Source: a virus (lineage: Duplodnaviria > Caudoviricetes). From it: a stretch of DNA of 64,000 bases. This document shows, in pieces, positions 45,865 through 58,265 of this stretch. The position numbers and the translations under genes were made by a program. The stretch lies in the IMG/VR virus record IMGVR_UViG_3300037067_006113, positions 1 through 64,000 of that record. One strand, 5' to 3'. Numbering within the stretch: the stretch's first letter is position 1; every line of letters begins with the position of its first letter. A model generated the notes under the pieces. That model was not told where the DNA came from, ran no database searches, and saw nothing but the letters and a program-made list of their open reading frames with translations.

Positions 45865-47022
45865 TTATTTCCTTTCTTTTATTAGACCTAATTTATTAAG
45901 AATGGTAAGAAGATTTTTAACCACAAAGTCAATCTCTTCTCTTGTTGTATAACGACTTAAAGATAACCTTAAACTACCTTTAATCCATTCCTCCTCTAAG
46001 TCCATAGCATCTAGTACATGAGATACTTCTATACTACTTGCTGTACATGCTGAACCAGAAGCCGAAGCGATACCTTTTTCTGATAATAGATTTACTATAT
46101 CTTCCCCATTCAAATCTTTAAATGCAAAAGAGGCTATATGTGGAACGCGTTGTGTTAGGTGACCAGTTAATATAACATTAGGAACTTGTGCCATACTATC
46201 AATTAATATATTTCTAAGTTCGGTGATTTTATCATTATGACTAAAGTCAATCATTTCAATAGCCTTACCAAGTCCTACTATGTAAGGCACATTTTCTGTA
46301 CCAGCTCGTAATCCAAATTCCTGACCACCACCGTCTTGCTGTCTACTCATTGGTGTTCCATATCGTACATACAAAGCACCTATACCTTTTGGTGCGTGTA
46401 TCTTATGTCCAGTAAAAGATAATAAATCAACACCAAGGTGATCAACATTACAATCTAAATATTGGATAGCCTGAGTAGCATCTACATGAAAATAAATTGG
46501 AGAGTGCGTTATATGATTTAACCTTGTGAGCATATCCCCTATTTCTTTTATTGGTTGGATTGTTCCTACCTCATTATTGACATACATTACTGACACTAAA
46601 ACCGTATTTGGTTTAATTGCCTCTTCAATATCTTTTACCTTGACCATTCCATATTTATCAACTGGAACATACGTAACTTCTGCATTAAGGTGTTTACACG
46701 TTTCTAATACAGCTTTATGCTCAATTTGAGTAGTTATTATATGTGGTTTTTCATACGGAGAAGTTATAGACTCTATTAAACCTTTGTGTGCTAAGTTGAT
46801 AGATTCGGTCGAACAGGAAGTAAATACGATTTCATAGGGTTTTGCACCTAAAAAATCAGCAATAATTTTCCTTGCATTCTCTATACCTACTTTAGCCTTA
46901 CGACCCCATGAATGTGGCTCGGAAGCATTACCATACTTTTCCATAAAATATGGTTTCATAGCATTAAATACTTTTTTATCTACTTGTGTAGTAGCCGCAT
47001 TATCTAGATAAACTTTTTTCAT
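45865..47022 (-). CDS. iscS: Cysteine desulfurase (IscS/NifS group I)
   Basis: YLDNAATT, EHKAV, NNEVGTIQP, HVDATQ, GHKIHAPKG, RAGTEN, SGSAC. Confidence 0.95.
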   Translation of the reverse strand: MKKVYLDNAATTQVDKKVFNAMKPYFMEKYGNASEPHSWGRKAKVGIENARKIIADFLGAKPYEIVFTSCSTESINLAHKGLIESITSPYEKPHIITTQIEHKAVLETCKHLNAEVTYVPVDKYGMVKVKDIEEAIKPNTVLVSVMYVNNEVGTIQPIKEIGDMLTRLNHITHSPIYFHVDATQAIQYLDCNVDHLGVDLLSFTGHKIHAPKGIGALYVRYGTPMSRQQDGGGQEFGLRAGTENVPYIVGLGKAIEMIDFSHNDKITELRNILIDSMAQVPNVILTGHLTQRVPHIASFAFKDLNGEDIVNLLSEKGIASASGSACTASSIEVSHVLDAMDLEEEWIKGSLRLSLSRYTTREEIDFVVKNLLTILNKLGLIKERK

Positions 47023-47421
47023 ATTTCTGGATTCTTTAAGTTCCTAATAGGAATTAGACTAATTTCCTGTAAGTCAAACTTTTTTATTATTAATGTTCCA
47101 TTCTTATCTATAGTTGACTCCTGAATAATCCCACCTATACCAAAGCAAAAATCAGGTGTAATAGGAATTGGACAATCTAAATTCATATATCCAATAGGTT
47201 TACCATCAAAGTTTTTGGTTACTGGTATTGTTTTATTCATGTTTGTTTTACCTTCTTATCATTTAAATACTGGAGTTCTTTCAATATTTCTAGTAGAACC
47301 ATCTGTTCAAACTCTTCTTTTGAGTTATTAACAAATACTAACTTAAGGAACTTTCTTTGAATGTGTTTCCAAGGAATTCTGTTTTTCTCGAAGCTTTCCT
47401 TTCTAGTCATTGGTTTAGTTA

Positions 47422-48147
47422 TCATAACATAGCCTCCTGCAAATAGAACCTTTCTGCTGGCAATTCTACAGCAATTAAGTTAGTTCCTAATTTATTAGCA
47501 CAAACAGCGCCGTCTAATCCTATTTTGTTTTTCATTATAATTGGTTGGCCAAATTTACCCCACTGTGCCTTATAGGCAGGAGTATGACCAAATATAATCT
47601 TTTTACCCCAATCATAATCACTATTTATAAAGTCATCTCTAGCCCAAAGCATAGCATTTATATAAGTTTCATTTAATAAATGTTTTTCTATAGGTAATTT
47701 AGGTACTAATCCTCCATGCACAAATACATAATTATCATTCCAATATAGAAATTTAGTTTCTTTAAGTAGAAAATTTAAGTGATCTTCAGGAATTCCTTTT
47801 CTAACTGACTCTGATAAACCATATGATCTTAATGTATCTTTTCCGCCATTATAGAGAAAACAACTCCATTGAATATCCTCTTGATATTTCTGACCATAAT
47901 ATACCCAATTTTTTAAAATATCCTCGTGGTTGCCGTATAAGAATATCCAATGAGGATATTGCTTATGCCACTTAATTAATTGATCAACTACTTTATTGCT
48001 ATCAGGACCTCGATCCATATAATCACCCATAAATACAACTATATCCTTTTCAGGTTTTAATCCTGCCTTTAGCAGTTTTTTATATAGAGCCATTAATTCG
48101 CGATAACAACCGTGAATGTCACCTACCGACCACACTTTATCTATCAT
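47422..48147 (-). CDS. Ser/Thr protein phosphatase (NinI-like metallophosphoesterase)
   Basis: GDIHG, GDYMDRGPDS, GNHE, FVHGG, FGHTP. Confidence 0.92.
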   Translation of the reverse strand: MIDKVWSVGDIHGCYRELMALYKKLLKAGLKPEKDIVVFMGDYMDRGPDSNKVVDQLIKWHKQYPHWIFLYGNHEDILKNWVYYGQKYQEDIQWSCFLYNGGKDTLRSYGLSESVRKGIPEDHLNFLLKETKFLYWNDNYVFVHGGLVPKLPIEKHLLNETYINAMLWARDDFINSDYDWGKKIIFGHTPAYKAQWGKFGQPIIMKNKIGLDGAVCANKLGTNLIAVELPAERFYLQEAML

Positions 48148-48414
48148 ATTATTTTTCCTTTTTCCTAGACGATCTTATAGATTTAATCTTTGCACGAAGT
48201 AGCTTATTATCTTCAATTCGCATTTTATCAAGACAATTTGGCGCGAATTTCATAAAGGACATTAATCGTACTTTGTCTATTACGATTTCTTTATTATTTC
48301 TAAGATCAACAAGAGCAACTTTATGTCCACGAAGTTCCCACCTATAATCTAGAAGTTTTCTTACTAACATATATGCCTCCTAACTGAGCTGAGTGTAAAT
48401 AATTACACACTTAA

Positions 48415-48507
48415 CTAATACTTCTTTTTTCTTTTAAGTCTTTCGCGTCGTTCTTCTCGTTTCTTTCGACGTACAGAAGCCGACATACCACCTTTTCTTT
48501 TACCCAT
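48415..48507 (-). CDS. 30-aa very basic peptide MGKRKGGMSASVRRKKREERRERLKRKKKY
   Basis: Translated by hand; fills an intergenic gap. Confidence 0.45.
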   Translation of the reverse strand: MGKRKGGMSASVRRKKREERRERLKRKKKY

Positions 48508-49253
48508 ACTACCAGTGTTGTATCAAATAAATAACTATTACAAACGGAAACCAAATAGGAGAAAATATTACGATTAGTACTCCTATTACGAATATAAATG
48601 AACTAATAATTGCAACTACTGCTACTATTAATTCAACTAAACTTTTAATTATACTTTTCATTTAACAATTTCCTCATAAATAATAGGGTGATTTTTAGTA
48701 GTCATGTTTTTATCTAATACCAATACCATTGTTTTACATTCCCCTATATCACAAAAGGTCAGTTCAATTGTCAATAATTTTTTATCTTGTATCTTTTTTT
48801 CCTTGAAACATCCTGCACGTAGTGTCATTCCACCAAACCGACTAATTGTTCCTAATAGATTTGCTTCAACTTTTAAATCCATATTAAGTATTTCCTTGTC
48901 TCTTTTTGATATCTTCAATTACTTCTACAGTAACTGAACTTAACCCATATACTTTGAAACTATGATACCAACTCCAAATATGGAAAATACCACTTGGATA
49001 CTCACAATCTATACGTAATGATTGTGTCCCTGGTGCTACTGGTTCTCTATACATAAAATATATATCATCACAGAAAGCACAAATTTCCATATCTTGATTA
49101 GATTTAACTCCAACTACAGCAATTATTGTATATCCACTATCTTTATGTTTCTTCCTAGTCGGTACAATATATAAGGTATCGTAAACTGTTTCGTTATGAA
49201 AGAGATTTTTTATAACTGGTAAAGATAATAGATTTTTCTTATTAATATCCATA

Positions 49254-49784
49254 TTACTTCTTAAATCTAATAGTTAATATTCTATCTTCTCTTTCTTTAG
49301 CACCTACTGGTATATTACCTGTTTCCTCGATATGTTTCTTAGCCTTTGTTATATCAAGACTTGGCTTAACTTCTTTTATAAATTCCTTACCAAGTATACT
49401 TAGAACAGCGTCAGGATCAATAATATCAATCTTTGTTTGTAATTTACTAACTGATACAGTAGCAATATCTGGTAATGATAATGTTTTACCTCCTTCAGGA
49501 GTTCTATCTACTGCTGGATCAATTAACATTGCCTTTTTAACTTCTTCTTTTATGTGTTGAATGGTACTTTCTTTAGATTCAATTACTTTATCAACGTCTT
49601 CAGTTATTTGCTGTCTATATGTCTTTAGTTTGATAACTTTATCCTCCATGAATTTGATAGCCCATAAGTATTTACGGTAAGCTATCAATCCTTTACCAGT
49701 TTCAATGGGTTCTACTTGAGGTTCTAGTTCAGAATCCATACCTACAAATTCGGATATAACTTCGTCATATTCTTGGTTTTCCAT
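49254..49784 (-). CDS. Gam/Gp157-like coiled-coil protein
   Basis: Coiled coil followed by TLSLP..TVSV, EFIKEVKPSLD, IPVGA. Confidence 0.6.
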   Translation of the reverse strand: MENQEYDEVISEFVGMDSELEPQVEPIETGKGLIAYRKYLWAIKFMEDKVIKLKTYRQQITEDVDKVIESKESTIQHIKEEVKKAMLIDPAVDRTPEGGKTLSLPDIATVSVSKLQTKIDIIDPDAVLSILGKEFIKEVKPSLDITKAKKHIEETGNIPVGAKEREDRILTIRFKK

Positions 49785-50750
49785 TTTTTCCTCCTAATCC
49801 TATAAGTTCTAACAAATTATTACCTATAAGTGTCCAATTTATTATTTGATCAAATTTCTTTAATATAATTTCATGACCTTTTAACGCATTTTTATATGTG
49901 GAGTAGCGGTGCATAAATGCTGTATTTGAATTAGTATCAAATACAATTGTTTCAAATAATAGAGGATTTCCTTTACCTATAAAATTGTGGTCTATACCTA
50001 AAAATACAGTAGATATAAAGTATCCATTCATTAATTTATCTTGTTTTACTATTCTTTCTTTTTTCTGTAAAAAATTCGACCAATCTATTATTGTGGAAGG
50101 TACCATATTCTTTTTACTATCAAGAGTATAAAATCTTATAGAATATCGTTTTCCAACATCAAGTTTTTCAATTGCTTCTCTCATGCTTTTTGCTGTATCT
50201 GCTTTTATATTATCTATTTCTTTCTCGGTTATTTTTTTACTTGTTGAGGTTCTTTCAATCCATATACCTTCATATGGTTGACCACACTCACCAGCAATCT
50301 TTTTATCAAGTTCGTCCATTCTATCCATAACTTTAGTTTCGTCAGTTGTTTTTAGTTCTTCTACAAAACTTCTTTTTCTAGTTGAAAGGTTAATTTCATA
50401 AATTTTCCAACTATTTTTATATTTCTTAGCAATTAAACCAGTATCTAAACTCATTTTTGATCCTTTCCTATTTTATTAAATTCTTTTCTTTTATCACGTT
50501 TAATCATAACTACAGGTGGTTGTCCTAATCTATCCATCATTTCATTAAGGAAATCTACTTTATGTTGGGGTTTCCACGGAGTATTAATTACACTATCAGT
50601 ATCTATAATCTTAATTCCAAACTTTTTTTCGGCCCAATCAACAAAATCTTTATCACTCAATTCACTAAGAGATAGATTACCCCAGTTTCCATTTGGTAAT
50701 TTTGCTCTAATGAATATGTAATCTAAATCTTTAATATTATATTTAAACAT
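49765..50750 (-). other. Two phage hypothetical ORFs (49765..50454, 50451..50750)
   Basis: ISTVFLGIDH..PLLFET motif familiar from phage hypotheticals. Confidence 0.6.
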
Positions 50751-50780
50751 ATGTTTCTATTGGACTTGATTAACTATTTA

Positions 50781-50809
50781 ATTATATCACAAACTAAGTT
50801 AAATATCAA
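50781..50809 (-). promoter_or_regulatory. Sigma70-type promoter
   Basis: TTGATA-17-TATAAT with TG extension. Confidence 0.7.
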
Positions 50810-52223
50810 CTGACTGTAGCTCTTGGTATGTATCGGATATAAGTTTTAATTCGGTATTAGATCCATCTATAATTGTTGAATGAACTTTAATGTTTTTTAA
50901 GGCTTCCTTATTTATACTAACGCGGTCTTCCCCATCAGTAATAACCATAATTTCCGACTTTTCAAAATCTTCTGGTGCCTTATGTATGTCGTCAATAGCA
51001 GCCAGAATTGCACTTTGTATACTTGTACCACCCCCAGAATATGGATTTCTAACGAGTGTGTCACACAACTTTTGTGCGTCTTCTTTAGTTTTGACTTTAA
51101 TTACCTGACCTGGACTATCATCAAAGAACCGTAAGAAATATGTGGAACCCTCTGATATTGCCTGTCTAACTAATGCTAAAGCTACACCTGAGGCATATAT
51201 ATTCTTTTTACCTTGCATACTTCCAGATACATCGATTAGTAAATATAACGATTGCCTCTTTAATCTTCTAGATTGGTAATCTCTTACTAATAATTCTTTA
51301 CGTAATAATTTCTGCATAAATATATCGTCATCGTATGCATATTGTGTTGGAACAAGTTTTAATATCTCCATAGGATTATCTATATTTTTAACTGACATTT
51401 CATTATCAGGAAATGGCACGCTCTCAAGTACCTCGTCGCGACGATATTGTTCAGTAACTTCCTTAATTCTAGCAACATAAAATATGTCCATTTCACGACT
51501 TGATAACTTATTGGCAATCTTTTTAATAATATCCATAATATTACCAATTTTAAGATCCTTATGACCAATGCCAGCATGTTTATTAAGATAATCTTGCAGA
51601 TCTTCTGAATCAAACAAACCACTTTCAATGGTTTTTTCTATTTGGTCGACGTTCTTACGAAATTCTGTCATGTCTATAGGTAAATTACCTTCATCGGCAC
51701 TAGTACCTTGTTGATCTTCTGATTTTGAACTCTGACGTGGTTGTTTTTGATTTTGCGGTTCGTTTTCTTGATTTCCGTCTGTTGAGTCGTCTTCGCTATC
51801 TTCCGACTGTTCCTCGTCATTCTGTGACGTCTGGGACGGTTGTTGTTGAGGTTGTGCCTGTTTGGGTGGCTGAAACATATTCAAAAACACTCGTAAAGCT
51901 TCCATTGGATCAAGTTTATTTAGTTCGAAAAACAGTTTAGATATTATAAAGTATCTAAAAAATCCTCGTATCTTATTATAAAAATCTACATTTTTCATTA
52001 AATCGCCAAGTTTAGTTAAGGTATAGAGACTTCTTACATCCTTAAATATCTCCCAGAAGCTCTTTAATAATCTTCTTTTACTGATTTTCTCTTTGAATAA
52101 TGCATATGCGTCTTCAGCAAAGTCAGTAGCTAATGTCATATCTTTAACTTGGTTCATTTCGTCAACCATTTGGAATATTTCATTTCTTTCTTCTTCAGTT
52201 AATTTGGATTTAGTTATTCTCAT
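50799..52223 (-). CDS. vWA (ViaA/CoxE-like) domain protein
   Basis: MIDAS DVSGSM, GGGT, VITDG; acidic/Gln-rich linker. Confidence 0.88.
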   Translation of the reverse strand: MRITKSKLTEEERNEIFQMVDEMNQVKDMTLATDFAEDAYALFKEKISKRRLLKSFWEIFKDVRSLYTLTKLGDLMKNVDFYNKIRGFFRYFIISKLFFELNKLDPMEALRVFLNMFQPPKQAQPQQQPSQTSQNDEEQSEDSEDDSTDGNQENEPQNQKQPRQSSKSEDQQGTSADEGNLPIDMTEFRKNVDQIEKTIESGLFDSEDLQDYLNKHAGIGHKDLKIGNIMDIIKKIANKLSSREMDIFYVARIKEVTEQYRRDEVLESVPFPDNEMSVKNIDNPMEILKLVPTQYAYDDDIFMQKLLRKELLVRDYQSRRLKRQSLYLLIDVSGSMQGKKNIYASGVALALVRQAISEGSTYFLRFFDDSPGQVIKVKTKEDAQKLCDTLVRNPYSGGGTSIQSAILAAIDDIHKAPEDFEKSEIMVITDGEDRVSINKEALKNIKVHSTIIDGSNTELKLISDTYQELQSVDI

Positions 52224-52505
52224 TTGGTTTATCCCATTCTCCTAGACTGGATTTAAATTTACTTATACTCTTTCTTGACATTTCTTGGTGTTTTGTAAGT
52301 GCATCTTTGTATCCTTTTTCAAACTCAGAACCTATAAGGATTCCAAATTTCTCTGAGTCAAATAATGTTTCTATGTACATATGTCCTGTTGATTGAAAAT
52401 AATCAAATGCTAATTTTCCTAATTTATAACTTCCTTCTATTAAGGAGTAATGTTCCTTCATTATTTTTTCATGTAGTATTTTAGTTTTATTTTTACTCAT
52501 ATAAT

Positions 52506-52946
52506 TTATGGATAAAATACATAACAATAATCGAAATATTCTCTTACTAATTTACCACTATCCTGATTATGCCAAGGCGGTACATAATTACAAATGCCAA
52601 ACTTCCGTTTTGTATCTGCAAAATCACCTTTCCATTGTTTTAAAAACTCTTCCGTGGTCATATTATAGAATTCACACCATTCTTTTGGCGCGAATACTTC
52701 AAACTCTTTCCTTTGAACGGGATTAATCATTATATACTTTTTATGATTTCTGAAGAACCAACTTTGGAATCCATATCCACAACCTAAATCTACAACTACC
52801 CAATCTTTAGGTATAAGTTTGGAAAGGTAATAATAGGTATCTGTGAAACCTAAAAATGATCCGTCAATATCACCACTATTTGCTTCTAATATCTTAATTA
52901 CCTGATCTTTATATTTCGTTTTTATTAGTGTTTTATACAAATCCAT
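52506..52946 (-). CDS. Short SAM-methyltransferase-like protein
   Basis: VVDLGCGYG. Confidence 0.55.
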   Translation of the reverse strand: MDLYKTLIKTKYKDQVIKILEANSGDIDGSFLGFTDTYYYLSKLIPKDWVVVDLGCGYGFQSWFFRNHKKYIMINPVQRKEFEVFAPKEWCEFYNMTTEEFLKQWKGDFADTKRKFGICNYVPPWHNQDSGKLVREYFDYCYVFYP

Positions 52947-54402
52947 GCAATTATTTCTTATTATTTTTTAGTAGATAATTAACTTGCCTTATATCTAGTC
53001 TGGATAATACATTTAATACTAAGTTAATAATATGTTGGAGTTTAATGTAAGGAGTTCTTCCTTCGTCCTCCATATATATTAGAGATACAACTCTCTGTAG
53101 CCTTATATGTTTCTTTTTATTAAACATATAGTAAGTGACTGCAACTCCAAAAATATAACTTAATATGGCAACTATACATATATAAATTATGTTCATAATT
53201 ATTCTCCTTTAATAACTTATTTATACGATTGTCCATTCATTTTTATTGTCATTAGTTCTTGTGCAAGAAGTTCGGCTAAGTTGTTTAATTGTTGTGTATC
53301 TATATCCATTGTTAATATTCTATCTAGAAGTTTTGGCACTTCTATATTGAGCCAATCTATGATCTCAGGGTTAACTACTTTAATTTCCTCTCTTGTAATA
53401 CCATCATCCAATATATTAGTATGAATTGTGCCAAACCTATTGATATAAGAATCAATAAAATAACACCGCAAACTCTCTCTTATTATATATTTTTTAGTTC
53501 CGTCATTCATGTTTGTCTCCAACTTTATCTATAAAAAAAATAGGATACTTAGACCTTACTTCTTCTATAGATAGTTCGCTACCGAAAATGTAAACAGCTT
53601 TATTTATTTCTCCAGAATAAACAGTCTTATCTAATAAAGTAAACACTTCGGGATTTGTCAATGCTACCCCTACCCTCGACATACCTATTTTGAAATCTTC
53701 TTCAGTAGGTTTTGGTACTACATTTCCTTTAAAGGAAGAGATTACAGTTATGGAAGTGTATGAATGATACTTTTTCATATTTTCTCCTTTAATTTTTCAA
53801 TCATAGTTGCCACCTCTTATTCTCCTTTAACTCGTTTTCTTTAAGAGGATCCAAAGCTACTGTATTCTTTTCTAATTCTAATAAATGAACAACAATTCCA
53901 GTACTTTCAATTATTTTTGTACCATAGTGTTCTATAACTCTCCAAGGTATGTCCTGACCTGTAAGCACTAATACAAATACGCGTTTATCCTCTTTAGCTG
54001 TAGGGGTTACTAACGCCCACATATTAACAGATTCGTTTTGTATACCAAAATCGATAATATCTGCCCCCATGGGTAACCTAACTATTTCTGGTTCACTGTA
54101 ATATCTTAAGTTATATTTATATATTTTTTTCATTTTTCTTTGGTTTTCTATAATTTATTATATTAGTTCTTTAGTGTAATCACCTAACGCTTTTAATATA
54201 TATTTGGTAGCTTGTTTTCTTTCTTCCCCTTTAATATTGGCATAATGCAAACTATCTAATAAATAACGCAACATTCCATTTGCTATAGTCTCAATCATTG
54301 GCTGATAGGTTTCTTCTTCCATTAATTTTATTTTTGCCTTTTCTTTTTTTTGATATTGTATGCTCTTAGATTCTCTAGCAGAACCCCTTTTATATGTTTT
54401 TC

Positions 54403-55638
54403 TCATAGATCTATAACCTCACCTTCTATTGCCTCTGTTTTTCCATCTCCAAGTTTCTTTGTACTTGATCGTCTAAATAGTTTATCTCTATTAGTAGCAA
54501 CTATTTCTTGCATACGTTGTAATAATTCATTTCTTTTATTTGTTGTTTTTGGTGTCGGACTATTCATTCTTTGGATTGATAAAATATCTTCACTAAGTTT
54601 ACGCATTTTACTTAAGAATTCTTGGTCACTTAATGTGTCGAAATCTATTGGCATTTCGTTAATTTCCTTTTCAATTTCTTCCAAATCGAATAATACCTGT
54701 CTTTCTTCTTCAGCTTTACCTACACATTTCTCATACACAGCGTCAAATATTTCTTCCTCAATTCGTCTGTTAACAACACATAATATATATCGTAATTCTT
54801 CAAGATCAGAGTAAATAACTTCATCGCGACCATTAAGCAAAGCAGCCGCCTTTAAAACCTTTAAAGCTTTATTAGCAGTTCGTGGGGATATATACTTTTT
54901 ACTTTCTTTAGTAAATTCTTCAAGGAAATTATCAAACGTATCAATAATAGCTTTTGGAAATGTAACTGACTTTGGATCTTTGACTAAATTGGCACATTCT
55001 TTTAGTTTGGCTATAGTTAATATCTTATTTGGTATAAAGTCTGGTTGGTCAATATAATTTTGATAAATCTTAGTTCGGTCACCTTTAGCTGTGCTTGGAA
55101 CTACGTCACATTTGAATACAATACGGTCAAGAATAGCTTGAGTGACTTCGTTTTCACGTTGGTAATTAGAGGTAACAATTGCTGTATGAAGTTTAGCTTT
55201 AACCTGTTGAGAACCTTTCATCCATGTTCTTTCATTCAATACACCTAATAAGGAACGTAGTAATACGTCAGAAGCGTCAAAAAACTCGTCTAGGAATGCA
55301 AAATCAGCGTCCAAAATTGAGTTATTAGTATTGTGAACAATATTTCCTTTTTTAAGTTCAATAATATTTAGAGGTCCAAAAACATACTCCTCAGTTGTCT
55401 GTTTTGTTAAATGAATTTGGAAAAGTGAGGCACCTTCAATTACCGAAAAAGCATTAGTTGCAAATAAACTCTTAGCAGTACCAGCAGGACCCATCATAAG
55501 CATATGTTCTTGTGTGAGTAATGCATACATTAACTGTTTAGTCTCGCGTTCACGGTCAACTAATCCAATAACGTCACTATTAAATAAATCACTATCAAAT
55601 AATTTAGTGGGAACTGTGGATTTCTTTTTCTTTTTCAT
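54403..55638 (-). CDS. MoxR/RavA-family AAA+ ATPase
   Basis: GPAGTAKS, FAFLDEFF, LLGVLNER, AILDR, ISPR, AALLNGR. Confidence 0.92.
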   Translation of the reverse strand: MKKKKKSTVPTKLFDSDLFNSDVIGLVDRERETKQLMYALLTQEHMLMMGPAGTAKSLFATNAFSVIEGASLFQIHLTKQTTEEYVFGPLNIIELKKGNIVHNTNNSILDADFAFLDEFFDASDVLLRSLLGVLNERTWMKGSQQVKAKLHTAIVTSNYQRENEVTQAILDRIVFKCDVVPSTAKGDRTKIYQNYIDQPDFIPNKILTIAKLKECANLVKDPKSVTFPKAIIDTFDNFLEEFTKESKKYISPRTANKALKVLKAAALLNGRDEVIYSDLEELRYILCVVNRRIEEEIFDAVYEKCVGKAEEERQVLFDLEEIEKEINEMPIDFDTLSDQEFLSKMRKLSEDILSIQRMNSPTPKTTNKRNELLQRMQEIVATNRDKLFRRSSTKKLGDGKTEAIEGEVIDL

Positions 55639-55717
55639 AATTCTCCTATATCAGTATCAATTTAAATTTTCTTTATTAAATATTATATCATTTTTCAGGC
55701 AGAAAAACAACAGTATT

Positions 55718-56542
55718 TTACATGCAGTATGTTCTTGCCATCCAGTTTTCTATACCGCCATGGCTGATACTGAACATCATGGCTTGTATACTTGCCTCTG
55801 TATCAGTTCTTAGATCAATCTCCTCTAATCCCATTTGTTTTCTATGACCTAAAAAAGTAGCTAAATGATATTGGCATACTCCTTTAGCTGCTCCACTGTC
55901 ACCAACCACCTCGTCACGACCACCAGACTCATGATAAATAATACAATCCATTAGTCTTATATCCTCAACTCCATAGATAGACGCATATTTAGCAACTAAA
56001 TCTTTAACTTCAGTTGGCAAATTCTTTTCTGCATTGTTTCTATTAGTTATTATTGATTGTTGGTGAGCGTATATTGCTTCTTCTTTAGCTTTGGCTTCTA
56101 ACTTAGAATTTAGTTCTAATATTTTATCTTTTAATTCTTGAATTTCTTTATCTTTATCTTTGATAAATCCTTCCTGAACTTTAATTACTTTAATTTGGTT
56201 TTCTGACTTATAAGTTGCTATGTATTCATATCTAAATTGAAAAAGTACAATACTTATTGTAACTACTAAATAGATAAAAGTTACTATTAAGACATAATAT
56301 CCGCTAACCTCACTTTCCCCAAACCTTTGTATTCTATCCTTAATTTGTTTAATAGTGTATTTAGTTTTCTTATATAACCAAAGTATAAAAAGTACAACTT
56401 TAGTAAGAAACTTAAATATCAATATCAATACTTTCTCTACTATCTTCTTTATTATCCTTAATGTTGCTAAAAATAAACCTTTAATTATTCGGCCTATTCT
56501 TCGCCAATTTATTCGTATAAGTGGATCTTCTGCCTTTTTCAT
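55718..56542 (-). CDS. Membrane-anchored lytic transglycosylase (SLT/lysozyme-like)
   Basis: TM plus coiled coil, then CIIYHESGG...GVCQY. Confidence 0.75.
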   Translation of the reverse strand: MKKAEDPLIRINWRRIGRIIKGLFLATLRIIKKIVEKVLILIFKFLTKVVLFILWLYKKTKYTIKQIKDRIQRFGESEVSGYYVLIVTFIYLVVTISIVLFQFRYEYIATYKSENQIKVIKVQEGFIKDKDKEIQELKDKILELNSKLEAKAKEEAIYAHQQSIITNRNNAEKNLPTEVKDLVAKYASIYGVEDIRLMDCIIYHESGGRDEVVGDSGAAKGVCQYHLATFLGHRKQMGLEEIDLRTDTEASIQAMMFSISHGGIENWMARTYCM

Positions 56543-57307
56543 ATAATTTATGCTCCTCGTTTTTTAGCCAATAACATTTTGTCAATAATTATACGAGCGT
56601 ATTCCATGCCACTTGTAGTGGCTAATTGAACAGTATCGTATTGGCAAGGTTCAAACCAAATATCTATACCGTTGTGTCCTTTTATACCAACTTGATATTT
56701 GTGACCTTTCTTTCTGACAATAATGTCATTACCTTTATAATTAAATAACTTTTCTTTTTCCATCATTATTACCTATTAATTTTCTCAAAATTTCTTGACT
56801 TTCACATAATGTACATTCGGTTACTACTTCCACAATTCTCGCATTTGGGTTATATGTAATTTCAACACCACCAGTTATTGGAATCTCCTTTCCATCTATT
56901 AGAACTCTGTAGTTTCTGAGTTTAGTAGTATATTTCATATTTTTATAGTAATTACTGCCTTAACTGGTTCTAATATAGGATCTGGAAAATTGTCATTCCA
57001 AATCATATAACCACCACCACGGTAAACATATTTATATGTGTCTTTTAAATATTTACTTACAGTATTGTTGGTATTAATATATGTTCCTTTTATATGTCTA
57101 ATCGCCATACCTTTATCATTGTAAAGTAAAATTTTCTTTTTATCTTTAATGTCACTACACATACATAAATATTTAGATGATGCACCTTTCACAACTGCTT
57201 TATGCAATTTATCCATAACAATCCATACATTTTTCTTATATATCGTTGTACCTTCAAGCTTATCTGCAATTATATCTAATTCTTTTAATCTATCTTTATC
57301 ATTCATA

Positions 57308-57607
57308 TTAAAATACAGGTCTATAACCTTTTCTTTCTTTATCTGAAATTAATCTTTCCAATTCTCTCTCAGCATCGTATTTATCTTGAAAAATCAGTTC
57401 CATACGTTGACCTATTGTTCCAATTAAACCCCAACGTCTTACTAGAATATATGAAGTAATATTTCCTTTTTTGTCTTCTTGGATATCAGCAGCCCAGAAC
57501 TTATTATGTTCTTCTGATTTGTTCTCCCAATAAATTGGTCTTTTACTTGGTAATATTACCACCATACATTTTCCTAAATTTAACTCTTTATATAATGTAC
57601 CATTCAT
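57308..57607 (-). CDS. WGR domain protein
   Basis: HNKFW...RRWGLIGTIGQ...KERKGY. Confidence 0.85.
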   Translation of the reverse strand: MNGTLYKELNLGKCMVVILPSKRPIYWENKSEEHNKFWAADIQEDKKGNITSYILVRRWGLIGTIGQRMELIFQDKYDAERELERLISDKERKGYRPVF

Positions 57608-58265
57608 TATACTGCAAAATTACCTATATCACTGCGTACATGATCACAAAATAAGCATTCTCCTAATCCTTTTAATATATCTAATCGTGTCCATTTTCCA
57701 CATCCACAATGACCGGCAACATAACGAACTATTTTTGCATTAGTTATACTAGGAGATAATTTCTTTACTTCTTCCAAAGCTTTAAAAGCTTCTTCTTCAC
57801 TATGATATTCTCCAATCTCACCGTCATTATGTTTTATCCACCATACATATTTTCTCATTTTGCCTCACTCTCTATTGGTGTACATTGGTGACTTTCATGA
57901 TATATTTTATAGGCACGTAACAGTTCAATAGACTTCTCATATTTATTAGATAGTTCTTGATATCTATTTAATGCATATGTTCCTATACCTAACGTTCCAA
58001 TTAGCACACCGAATAGGAAATACATAGTTGATACTAAAATTAACATTTTTATATTCATAATTTTTTACCTCCTTTACTTTTAAAACAACCACCAAATCCT
58101 AAATATCCAAATTCGTCTATCGTCGCTACTATTGCGGCTATACCTACTAATACAGCTACTTCAAAGTTAAAGAAGTGCCTAACTACTAAAAGTACTGATA
58201 TATTAAGTGGAAAACTTAAGTAACTTGCAACTATATATTTATTTATTTTCATATTTTACCTTCTA

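Noticed and set aside
45865-47022. Complete Dnd/Ssp phosphorothioation system
   Set aside because: No DndC/D/E or SspB/C/D-like genes in the window
50799-52223. vWA protein as Ro60/TROVE partner of the RNAs
   Set aside because: No TROVE domain features seen; its linkage to a MoxR ATPase explains it
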